Shown here in pieces: positions 1 to 11,400 of a DNA stretch of 64,000 bases. A program made the position numbers and the translations under genes. The notes beneath the pieces were generated by a model that saw nothing but the letters and a program-made list of their open reading frames with translations, was not told the DNA's origin and searched no databases. The stretch comes from Acanthaster planci. Taxonomy: Eukaryota. The first letter of the stretch is position 1. Each line of letters opens with the position of its first letter. Where the stretch lies: positions 1,562,540 through 1,626,539 of the forward strand of contig NW_019091359.1 of the NCBI RefSeq assembly GCF_001949145.1, given 5' to 3'.

Positions 1-10
1 ATTCTGTGTC

Positions 11-150
11 AATTTTTCACCCATTCCTCGTTGCTATTCATTTCTAATCATACAAAAAGTCGAACTGTTCTTGAATTTTTACCCTACCCTCATTCTTATT
101 TATTTCTAACCAAGCAAAAGGTCAACCTGTACCATAATTTTTATCCCACG
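11..150. repeat. Degenerate ~63-bp tandem repeat (about 2.3 copies visible, may continue left of the window)
   Basis: Unit AATTTTT(C)ACCC...TATT(C/T)ATTTCTAA...CAAAA..GTC.A.CTGT recurs at ~11, ~74 and ~137. Confidence 0.55.
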
Positions 151-1986
151 TCTGTACACGCAAACTCGGTCCGTGCGGTTGCACAATTATCGCTATACTA
201 GATTATTAGTTACTGCAATTAAGGCTCTTTTTGAACTGATTCAAACAACTTTGAAGGGGCCTTGTGTAGGGGGGTCACAAACAGTAGCTTTTTTAAAGAA
301 CATATAATGTAAAAATTGTGCATATATTTCATATCTTTTTGCAAGATTTATAAGCTCTTGAAAAGACTTCAAAAAGAAGGCAATTCAAAGCATTCTGTAG
401 ATTATTTCTTGTGACCGTCCAGAAGTACTGTTTTTGTACTTACATGATAGAGTATTTTGGAGTACTGAAATGAACAAAAACACAAATACTTTTAAAAAGT
501 TGTTCAGGCCATTGTTTTATTTTACGCAGCATGCAAAGGATATGACTCATTCAAACTCAGTGAACTTCTATTTTAAAAGTAATTCAAATTCCTGAATCCT
601 CATTTGTAACAAAAATCTACAGAACTTATTTAATTTACTTGGTTTTATGAAATAAGACTTTAAAGTTGTATATACAATTTACATGGAAAGAAAATTCAGT
701 GTACATGTAAATGGTCCTCTGGATAAACTGGAGGGAATGGAAAATAATTTATTTCAATGTGTATAATACATGTAAAATATATGAATATTTGAAATCATTA
801 ATAAGTAGTTTGGTTCATCTACTGCACTTGCAATGTCCTTTGAAAATGAAAGGCATGTCTACATGAAATAAATATTCCCTTTTCAGGTTAAAGGCGTCAT
901 GTACACGACAATAGTGGGCAGTAAAACATTTTGCCTTTTTATACGTGTATTTTGGAAGGGTTCAGAAGTGATGATCCAGTGGGCAAAGGTCGTGCCTGTC
1001 CAAAGAGCAAGAGCCAGGGGAAGGCAGTTATATGTTTTATATTTCAACCTTGAAAATGTTTATAGAAAGCCCCCAAATGTGGTCTCATCCACCAGAAAAA
1101 CCATAGAAGCTACGTAAATGCAAGAATCACCCCCCCAAAAAATCTGGATATCCTTGGATTTTATTTCATGGCATTCAATGCCTGTTCTTTTTTTACACTT
1201 TTCCAACGCTGCAGTTCGTAAAGTCACCGGTGCCTTTGCAGCAGTTTCTTTCTCAGCGTTCTCTCGCTTACAAATTTTCAAAGCCTCATATAATCTTTTA
1301 AATCATCCAAAAGCTGATTGCGTTTCTTGTGAGGAGATGAGATGTTACTGAAAATCGATGGAACAAAATCCGGCAACAGAGGATTTTTACTCTGTTTCCA
1401 TGCATAAGGAAGACAAGATGTTTATTTTTCAACCTCCCCCCCAAGTATGACACTCCACATTAAAGGTACAATACTGATAAAAACTTGTGGACAGTCATGG
1501 TAAGTTGCCTCACTTTAAGGGCATGATGATGCCCACACCTTCCACCGGATACAAAGTCCCCTCAACTCCCCCTCATTATTCATGATTCATGACATTAGGC
1601 AATTCAGTGGGGGATATCTCCATGAAAATATTGTGTGTACTAGCTGTATGTTCAATGAAATGAGATCAGATGAGATCACTTTCAACTTGAATGAAAAATA
1701 CTAACAAGACGAGGAAAATCGATCCAAAATACTCAAACAAAATATTAAAGGCGTTCTCTCGTTTGTCTATAAAGAGGGAGGATACAGTTTGGTCCACTGC
1801 CACTTATATCGGTGGTGTTTTGTACAAATTTACACGCGGTGTCAATAACACTCAGCAACGGAAAAAATTAATCCTGTTCTTCCACAAGACTAAGGGAATA
1901 CTCCCGAAATTATACTAGGGATGAAATGTAACCCAGGAATTTTTCAAGTGAAGATTTCGCAAGTAAATACATGCAGTGGTTGAGCC

Positions 1987-3231
1987 TCAACAAAGACAAG
2001 GGATCTTTCTAATTAGGACCCTACAGTCCCTTCGAAACTGCTTGTTCACCAGACTGTATATGAAAGGATTCGCAACGTTATTCAAATACACCAGGGAGGC
2101 GGTTCCCCTGACTGCATCGACCGTGTGCTCATCCACCTTTTCCCCATGCAGACGACGGAGCTCCATGGCAGCGTATATCACGTAGGGCAACCATGTCACT
2201 AGGAATAGTACGCTGATCAGACACATCATCCTGGTGATTTTCCTCTGCATTATCGTGATCATCCTCCCCTCGGCTTGGCCTGGACCGTGAGCTGCTGGAC
2301 TGGATGGGCCACTCTTGGCTAGTGGACCGAATCGGTCTCGGATCGGTACCGCCTGGGGTACAGCTGTAGGGTGCATCTTTCGGCCTCCGGGGAAGTCTGG
2401 CTTGATCACAGCGATTTTCGGAGCATTTTGTGGCTTCACTTTAGTCGCGGCAATACTAGCTGAGGCGGCAACTGGGCCTGAAGAGCTGTCCTCAACTAGG
2501 TCCCTTCTGACAGGTGTGATGGGTATCGCAGAGGGACCTGCAGACGCTTGGTCTTGCCCTTTCGGTTTCTTGGATCGCATGCCAGCAAACCTGTTGAGTT
2601 GAGGTTTTTCCTCACCAACTGTTGGGGCAACAGTTGGTGAACGTTGGCGAAAATGACAGAAAATACTCCCGTAGCACGCGATCGTGGACAAGAGTGCAAT
2701 CATATACCAAGCTACTTGGAGTCCCAAAACCACAACTAAAAGGGCCTGGCGGCGATAAATGCGCTGCATTATTGGAATGATGCTTAGGACAGTCGGGGCA
2801 AGGTATGAACACCCGACAATTGTCCTTGCACGCCGGGTGTTTAGTTGACGCCATTTATGCTGTCGGAACACGCAGTTGAAGCGGTCCACGGCAATTGCAC
2901 TTGTGATCAAAATGGCCGACCCTTGAAAAATAGCTTCAATGAGCTGGAGGTGGGAGAAGACTGGCGAGGCTTCTGAGCCGGCAAGAACCGCGGAAAAGAC
3001 ACCGATACTTCGTACTCGCAACACGCTAATGAGGAGGTCGTTCCAGGCAAGGCCCACGATCAGCACCGTCGTGCTCGTCCGACGTTGCTTGGTCCAGTAC
3101 ACGCCCACGATGAGTCCGTTGCCTGCCACGCCGACTAAGAGTCCCAAGACACTGTAGACGACTTGGACGATTGCTTTTGCTTCCGTCGTGATTGGGAAAG
3201 AGTCCCGATTCAATAAAGAGATATTTTCCAT
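1987..3231 (-). CDS. Single-exon rhodopsin-like (class A) orphan GPCR, 414 aa (GPCR-1)
   Basis: Seven hydrophobic segments. TM1 GVAGNGLI, TM2 LAWNDLL, TM3 AVDRF, TM6 FLVTWLPY, TM7 NNVANPFIY, helix 8 NKQFRRDC. The ORF track starts at a TTG (3258); the first ATG is at 3231 (MENISL, with an N-I-S sequon). Confidence 0.93.
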   Translation of the reverse strand: MENISLLNRDSFPITTEAKAIVQVVYSVLGLLVGVAGNGLIVGVYWTKQRRTSTTVLIVGLAWNDLLISVLRVRSIGVFSAVLAGSEASPVFSHLQLIEAIFQGSAILITSAIAVDRFNCVFRQHKWRQLNTRRARTIVGCSYLAPTVLSIIPIMQRIYRRQALLVVVLGLQVAWYMIALLSTIACYGSIFCHFRQRSPTVAPTVGEEKPQLNRFAGMRSKKPKGQDQASAGPSAIPITPVRRDLVEDSSSGPVAASASIAATKVKPQNAPKIAVIKPDFPGGRKMHPTAVPQAVPIRDRFGPLAKSGPSSPAAHGPGQAEGRMITIMQRKITRMMCLISVLFLVTWLPYVIYAAMELRRLHGEKVDEHTVDAVRGTASLVYLNNVANPFIYSLVNKQFRRDCRVLIRKIPCLC

Positions 3232-5815
3232 TTTAAACAAGAAATGGAGTTTGCCCAATTAAAATTTGACGTGCATTGCGTACGCACCGGCGAAACATAA
3301 CATTTGGACAAGTGTGTGAAAGGGACTATTGATTGATCTCCACAAGATCCCGCATTCTTACTGCTGTACATTATAAAGTCCAGAAGTCGGGTTGAAAATG
3401 ACTGCATAGTCAAAGACGTCTCGAAACTCCACCTGCGACCTCACGTCCCACGCACGTCCTAAGATTGTGCGTAGACGGAGGTAGCTGTAGGCATTTCTCA
3501 TTTTCTCTTGTGCGCTTTTGAATAATTTGTGAAAGCTTAGACATTGCTTGTCTACATTAGCAGATACGGAGGCGTGAATTAATAATACACCGCCCTGCAA
3601 AAGGAAGCAGTTTTGGATATTCTGATTACAGCTGAAGGAAAATGTTGATCCAGTAGCAAAACAGCCCCAATTAAGCCCCATAAATACAAAAGACCGGCAA
3701 AATTACACAAAATAATTCTCAAATAAACCGATAGCCCATCTCAATAAAAGTTTTGGCACACCTTAAAATTGGTTCGGATCTGCCATTACCTGCCACTCAA
3801 GAAATTGTTGCCAATTAATTGTTATTTACCCCTTTCTGTCTTGACTCAACAAGGCAACGATGACTGTTGTGACTTTGGAAACAAACTAATGATACTTATG
3901 ACCACGTTCGATCAGCGACCATTCGTCGACCATTGGTCTATTCTCCCTGGTAATAGTGCACGAGGTACATTCCAGGTACATTCGACCAATGGTTGACTAA
4001 CTGTCGGTAATCAAGCTTGGCTTACATGCTGTGAGCTATTTTTAAGAGTTAAAACACGTGGACGAGACAGGTTGATTGCCCACAAAATTACTAGACACCT
4101 ATCGAGATCTGTCCGGACAGGAAACTGTGCAAGAACCAGCGGACGTTTGTCACGCTCACTCAAAGGGTAGCTTTGAAATATTGCGCAGAGATTCTTTTTG
4201 CCTCGAAGCAGCTGAACCTACAGCTGAGACTTGATGCTGATCTCTGAACTTTTTTCAAACATCCAATCCTTCCAAAACAAATCAGCTGTGTCAGTGAACC
4301 TTTGCACTGACGCAAACGCCTGTATTAAATTTCAATAATTGCCGTTGATTGCAAAAAACGTTAAGGGTGAATAAAAAAATACCCACCCGTAGGCCTAACC
4401 CTGTACCAAACATGGACTTTCGCTGGGGAGTAATTCTGCTCATGACAGCTATGTAATCCAATAACTGAACATCGGCCTCACGTCAACGAATATTCCCAAG
4501 AAAGTCGTCTTGCGTTTCGACATGCAGAAAAGGATAAGGTAAGGGTCTGCCGATACAATTTCCCAAGTGCAGTTCGCGGGTTTGTTTTCAAAGCTGAGGT
4601 TGCACTTGTTTTTCTCGAAGCGTTCCGACAGCCATTGTTCCACAGTTTATGAGGCTTTGTAGCACACAATACGGAGTAGTGTAGATCGTGCACTTCAATC
4701 GCGTCAGCAGTGTAGCTATATAACGGGTCCAGTTGCTCAGGAAGGGACACTCACTGGGGCTGGAAAGAGTACTCACGAGCCGGTGGTTAAATAAGCAATG
4801 ACGTATTCGGCACTCACACTGTCGTGACCAGGCAGCAGAAAAAAAATAACAGTCTTGTATCTGTGGATGAACTGACACAAGATTTCTCCCTCGCGGACGT
4901 GATCACCTGCACTTCGAATATGTTTTTATTTTGCAAAAGGTGTTGAAATAATCTGGTTATTGAGGAAACTGAGGATAAGTGTCACTGGAAAAGAGAATAC
5001 AAATATTTCAAAGGCAAGCATCTCAGACCGGCTCATGATGATCGTGTCCACTTTTTCATCTGCAATTTCTGCATAAAGCAACATTAAGTTGGATTTGAAC
5101 GCGTGTACACACGCACGTGTCTTGGCGGATGTAGCAGGACATGCGTCGCTCTGAGTGCACCAAAAAGCAGTGCAGGACTATAGCTGACACTATTTCAGGG
5201 CCTTTTCAATCTCAACCACCGAAATTACATGGGTAGTAGTCAATCATGAGACTTCAACCTGTGGCATTTGAGGTAGTTTGAATGCCTGATTTCTGCTAAA
5301 CAAAGTGCCACAATACGGCGGGGAAATAGCAATCAACCTTGGCATGGTCTTTATAATTGATATCAGGCTTACTCACTGTGTAAAATGAACCCTGCACCGC
5401 GCACCTATGATTATACACAGACTGGGAAACTTAAAATCTTGTTCGGCTTTACTGCTATTCGCATATCTGCTTTTGTATTCTTAAGTGTCAACAAAGCCAA
5501 TACGCTAAAAACCTAAACCCAAAATCAGTAAATGAAAGCTTATAATATTTGTTTGGTAAAGGTTACGTAAGCGCATGCGTATATGCACTATATATAGACA
5601 CTATAGATTATTAGTGACAGATTTATGGGCTGTTATTTTTTTTTTGCTTACAAATGTTGTACTTGTGCGTTGCATTTAAAGTTACTCAATAGGGAATTCC
5701 TTCCACCTTATTGTATTAAGCACTACAAATATGGGCACAAATTCCCAATGTCTGTATCCGGAATTGTTACAAATTCACTGCAAGTAGAATGACGAATTAG
5801 CGCGCTATTAATGCA

Positions 5816-5952
5816 GGGTTTCACAATAGCACGCCTTCCAGAGTTTGCAACGTTGGCTGCATTGATAATCGCTAAATCTGTCGACCCCCATGCACGTTTG
5901 GAAAGGGTAGACAGATTTCACACTCTTGGAGGCGTGCTATTGTGAATCACCC
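5816..5952. mobile_element. Small fold-back element / MITE (~137 bp)
   Basis: GGGTTTCACAATAGCACGCCTTCCAGAGT at the left is the near-perfect reverse complement of ACTCTTGGAGGCGTGCTATTGTGAATCACCC at the right. There is an inner hairpin AAATCTGTCGACCC...GGGTAGACAGATTT. Confidence 0.65.
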
Positions 5953-6003
5953 TTATTAAACACAACTCTATGCGGAAGACCAAAATCGACAAGTGGCATT
6001 TAA

Positions 6004-6469
6004 GGCCGAGTTTGGGCGGCTTGTTTCCGTATGTTCACGAACAGCTCGATTTGTTGTTCGTGGGTCGGCTCCTCGAACGCCGGGAACAAACAACTGGTTA
6101 TCGCTGGTAGTTAGTGACAAGCAACATGTAACATGGCGGCGTTTATGTAGGCTACGTTTTTCGAGAGTTAATGTTTGGATGGGTTGAATTCTCTTCTATA
6201 TAAACAGGAACATTCATTTCTGTGTTATGGAAAATGATTAAGGGTAATTTTGCAAAAATTCCCATTGTCTATGGCTTTGGAAGCCATCGCTCTACTTTTT
6301 ACAGCTGTTCAAAAATCAAAATCTCACGAGTTTCTCCGTGTGTTCCTGTAAAACCCTGAGGAGGTGGTGTGTGATCCTGTTCCGAGAAGAGTGTTTTTGA
6401 GTCATATTCCCGCCGTTCGAGCGCGAGATCAAGAAACCAGTGTCAAGAACAGGCCGCCCGAACTCGACC
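6004..6469. mobile_element. PIF/Harbinger-type (Tourist-like) MITE, 466 bp
   Basis: TIRs GGCCGAGTTTGGGCGGCTTGTT / AACAGGCCGCCCGAACTCGACC, flanked by TAA on both sides (6001-6003, 6470-6472). A second partial copy lies at ~26911-27138. Confidence 0.8.
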
Positions 6470-6937
6470 TAAGATGGTCGGACGCGGTTCATCGGTGAGG
6501 GCGCTCTTCAACAAGTAGACAACATGAAAAGTCATCTTCCTGGTAGTTCTTATATAAATTAAAAAGTTTCAAGCGTCTCCCATTTCTCGTCAGGTTCGAC
6601 TCTCAAGTTCACGAATATTATAAAGTATGTAGACATGTGGTTCACAAAATGTTATTTATAGGTCAGTGTTTTTAAGGAAAAAGTTTTCAAATTGGTTCAA
6701 AACGGTCACGATAAATCCAAGTCACTTTACTAGTGCACGTCTAATTTCAGTCATGGCTTGAGCAGCGCCCTCGTGCAATTTAAACCGATCTTTACTCGGT
6801 TCTGTCCTGTTTACACGGAGGAGATCGACTTGAGGTGTTTGAGACGGCAATGCCCAAGTTAACGCAAACATTAACATGACTATGTCAAATCGAACACAGT
6901 CTAGTAGTCGCGCTTTGATGAAGCGCGAAAACGTAAT

Positions 6938-7197
6938 AGACCGATTGTGCTCGCTAATTCACGTGATCTATGGTGGTTATTAAATATCACCAAAAATTAA
7001 ACACGGTACCCACCTAAAGCTAGGTGTTTCATAAGTGTCATTTACCAAAAAATGAAGCCGACGCTGGGTAGGTACCGTACTCAAACTACTGATGTGCTGG
7101 ATAGTATATCGTAACCTGGCTGTATTGCTTTTAAACAACACTAAACATACATGGGGGTTGATACCAGGTCACGTGATTTAGCGGGCGCAATCAGACC
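6938..7197. mobile_element. Putative MITE (~260 bp) with ~30-bp imperfect TIRs
   Basis: GACCGATTGTGCTCGCTAATTCACGTGATCT matches the reverse complement of AGGTCACGTGATTTAGCGGGCGCAATCAGACC. Inner IR ACGGTACCCACC / GGTAGGTACCGT. Confidence 0.6.
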
Positions 7198-8478
7198 AAT
7201 TTCACACATGTAGTTTGACCTGATCACCGTGCGTATCACAACTAGGCATTCCTACCTTGCACACAATCACGTGCACTATATTTATGGAACCCAGATCATA
7301 TTTCTATGTCAAATCCATCAGAACTTTGACAGTTTATTGTTTGCAGATGTCATCAGTGCTTCACTGTGGTTGTGTACCTGATCGAGGGCATTCATGTATG
7401 GAAACTACTATCATGGAACCAGCCTCATGACCGCGACAACGAGAAGACATACTGTATATTGTCACTCACGAAGGACAGAACTTGTGACCAGGCCTATATC
7501 GCAGGCCGTGAATTACCCCAGTCGAGTATATCGAACAGCACTGGCCTGTCGAAGTTCAATTGTAAGTAGTGTACACCTTCCGAGTCGGTGCTTTATAATT
7601 TTGGACCAAAAGGGCCCATTAGGCCTATGAATCGATCGGCTCAACTGCATGATTGCATTGTCCAATCACTCTGCGCAATGGCGGCCATTCCTGCATAAAC
7701 CTGAATTCAGCTTTAATTTAGAAAATGCAGTTGGCCGATGGCGGAATCATCGACAAAATATACCACGCTCCATTGTCCATTATACGCGTCACGAGTGAAG
7801 GCACAAGGGAAGCCGAGAAGCGCGCAATCACCATGACTTAATAATACGCGAGGTCAAGTCGGGTCATGACTGGTGTGCTACATACAGCGTGTTCGATTTC
7901 TTCCGTTCCGACGTTCACTTCCCGACAAACGATCTGGGGTTAATCGGGATGCCCGACCAGGGTTACAAGGTCCTGAAGAAATTAAGTTTGTATCACGAAT
8001 TCGAACTGTCGAAAGCAACGGTCATTCCACATCATTCTCAACCAACTTTAATGAATTAATTTGCCCCTGCATGTATCGCTGTTCAACTTGCACAATGAAA
8101 CAAAATCAGCCCTCAGTACTTTTGAGTATTTGTTCGTTTGTCACTGCTAACAATAAAAAAATCTTCAGGTTGGATTAACCAAGAAGAATACAGGTTCTTT
8201 TTGGCTTTTTTTCTATGGGTATGTCAAAATGAGACTTTTCAAGATAAATATGACACACTTTGGGGTAATTTTGGGTAAACATGACCCCTTTTGGCCACAT
8301 CGACTCTCTCAGGGTTACTTTTTGACGAATAAGAAATTCAGTACGGATGTAGGCCAAATAAAACCTGAATTTTGGGTCAATCTAACCTGAACATTTGTAT
8401 AGTGTGCATTTGCTTAGGACGTGCTCTAAACATTGCATCAAGTGCCAGCAAGCTGATTTTGAACACTTCACCTCCGCG

Positions 8479-11400
8479 ATGTTTTCTTCAACAAGCACCC
8501 TTCTTCTTACAACTCTGGCAATCGTAGCTGTGCATCGCGTCTCTTCAAAAGCCGACAAGAATGAGACAGATTCCTCTAAGAACCAGACACCGCCCCACAT
8601 CATCTTCATCCTTGCAGATGATTTGGTAAGCATCGCCTACCGCTCGAAGTGCATATTAACCGCGACATAAACGAAAATCCACCAAGTTTCAGCTTGGAAG
8701 GTAGGGACAGGCGACATACCCGTCGAGAATTCGAAGACTTCGAGAGCGATTCTTATGGATTGTTGGTGTTTTATATGTTCTTGCACACACAAAAATACAT
8801 GTTGTTCATACCCTGTGAACTTTTGCCGGATCAGCAAAGCCTTGCTCTATCGCAAGGTTGTTCATCTTAGCTTGAATAATATTCGGGTTTGTTTTTTTTC
8901 CTTCAGGGCTGGAATGATGTCAGTTTTCACGGCTCCTACCAGATCCCAACCCCGCATCTGGATGAGTTGGCCTACAGTGGCGTGTTGCTGTCCAATTACT
9001 ACGTCTTGCCCATCTGCACGCCGACTCGAAGCGCTCTTATGACGGGGAAATACCCAATTCACACAGGTAAGACCTACAGTCCGTTTCTTACATTGGCCCT
9101 GGAATTTTCATTTGCATTAAACAACAAAATTGATCTCTGGCGATAACCGGTAACCAGTGGATCAAAATTGGTTACTCAACTTGTTTGGTGGACCTTTTTT
9201 TCCAACGTTAAAACTGCCCTGTTTGCCAAAATTCGTTTGTTCAAGATAATATTCTCCAGTTCGTACATATGAAATATGCAAATACTTTTGGAAAAGATAT
9301 ATTTATATAAGTTCGTGTTTATGAGATATAAACCAAACTTGAAGATGTATGGCTTGGAAAAAATACATATATCATACAAACAATCTCAATCCCAAATTAC
9401 GTTGATGGCACTACAACCTTTCGTACATTTCTTATCATATTGAAACTCGTTTTCATGGTTAACCGCACCTCAGGATGGGATATATGCTGCCCCCATGTCC
9501 AAACTACTCCTTCACTTGTGCCATACATATTTCTTGTAACCTAGGTATGTGGAGCTCTGTTATCCTTGGGCCACAACCTTGGGGACTGTCACTTGACGAG
9601 ACAATTCTGCCTCAGTTGTTGAAACAGCGGGGATATCGCACCCACATGGTCGGGAAGGTGGGTAAATGACCCTTAAAGATGCAACGGACATAGAAAATAA
9701 ACTTCTAGAAATAAAATATCAAAGAGATTTAAGGAAGTTGATCGTTTAGATTACAGGCTGGTCCTTCCATCTTGGGTGTAACTTGAGTAATCATTTTGCA
9801 GTACGAAATGCTTCTTTTGTCTCTGTGTCAATAAAGGTAACCTTATATGGGCGTTAGTTTCGTTTTCGTGAACACAGAAGCTTTTAGAAGAAACTGATTT
9901 ACTTCAGTACTGTCTCCTTGTATAAGAGCATCACACAGCAAAACCTGTGAGGCTGAAATATTACCGACCAGTACACAAGATTCTTTGCATATTCATTTAC
10001 ATATTTATTTCGGCACGTGGATAGCCTTCTCAAAGAATACACTCAAAAACTGTGTTTGGGAATAGAACAAAATCTTGCTATCACTTTGTCAATACATATA
10101 GATACGAAACATTCGATGTCCAATCCCTTATTTGCATTGGCTAAAAAATACTATCCATCGTAACTATAAACACGTTTAGCATCAAAGTGTATAAACTGTT
10201 TGGGAAAAGGTGGTTGTAAGAGTTTTTGATCACTAAACACAGTTTTTGCAGTGTGAAAAGAAAATTTTGATGAAGGGCCTCTAAGGAGGACCAACCAAAC
10301 AAAACAATGTTACAATGGGTGAAGAATGAATAACAATTCATTCATTGTCATAAAAAACAATTAAATTCAGCAGAAGGTTTTTTCTCAAAGCTTAGAGCAT
10401 CAGTCATGTGGATCAAATTAATGATTATTGTTGGAAATGTTTGGCCGGTTTGTTCAGTGGCATTTGGGCTTCTTTGAAGAGGCATACACCCCGTCTCATC
10501 GGGGATTCGATACGACCTTCGGCTACTACAACGGTAAAGGGGACTATTGGACCCACTTCGACACAGAGGTATTAGAAAAAAAATGTTCTCATTTTTGATA
10601 GTAAGTTTAATTACTCGTTATTTTATGTCCTGTCATCCAGAAATTAAATTTGTACAACAGGCCTATAATGAGAAAACTGCAATGGTTTACGTAAGTGTAA
10701 ATTAGTATCTCACATCCTTGCTGAAAATCTGCAGATTTGTAAAAATAATTATTCCCCTCGTTCATTGTCAGATTTACAGTGGTATCGACTTTCACATGAA
10801 TGGTTCTGTGTTTAAGTCTGTCTACGGACAGTATTCGACTGAGCTTTTTACCCAGCGCGCTGAAGAAGTCATTTCTGCGCATGACAAATCGAAGGTAAGT
10901 GAATAAGAAAATAAGTAACTGGTACTTGGAGATATACTGCAAGAACATTAGTTTAACCGCTCTTGGGGCGTCCACTTTGTTCAGAAAAGTGAATAAAGCA
11001 ATGTCTCCACAAGGACACAAATTTCGAAATGTGTGTCGATTTTTTTCAAGAACCTTCAGTTGACTGCACATTCTTTCTACGTATTTACAATAATTATTTG
11101 TACGTTCCGTCAACTGTACATCCTAAAAAAACTTACCTAATAGACACATACAGAAATCACAGTTGACACTGAATTATTACAGCTTAAAGAAACGCTCTTA
11201 ATAGTTCAGCACTTAGACGTTCTATAGGTTAATGTTTTCTCCAAAAGTTTTGATTTACGGCGCCCATATTTTCTGTTTCATTTTCGGTGGCAATTACAGA
11301 TTTTCATTTGAAGTAGAACACCCTTTTCATTTCACTGATATTTCAATGTGTTGATCATGTTTGTACATATTCCTTCTATTTATTTTTATTTCATAATATT

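Noticed and set aside
10607..11113. 168-aa antisense ORF across sulfatase exon 5
   Set aside because: Non-ATG start, no domain features, and it overlaps a real exon on the other strand; likely a chance ORF.
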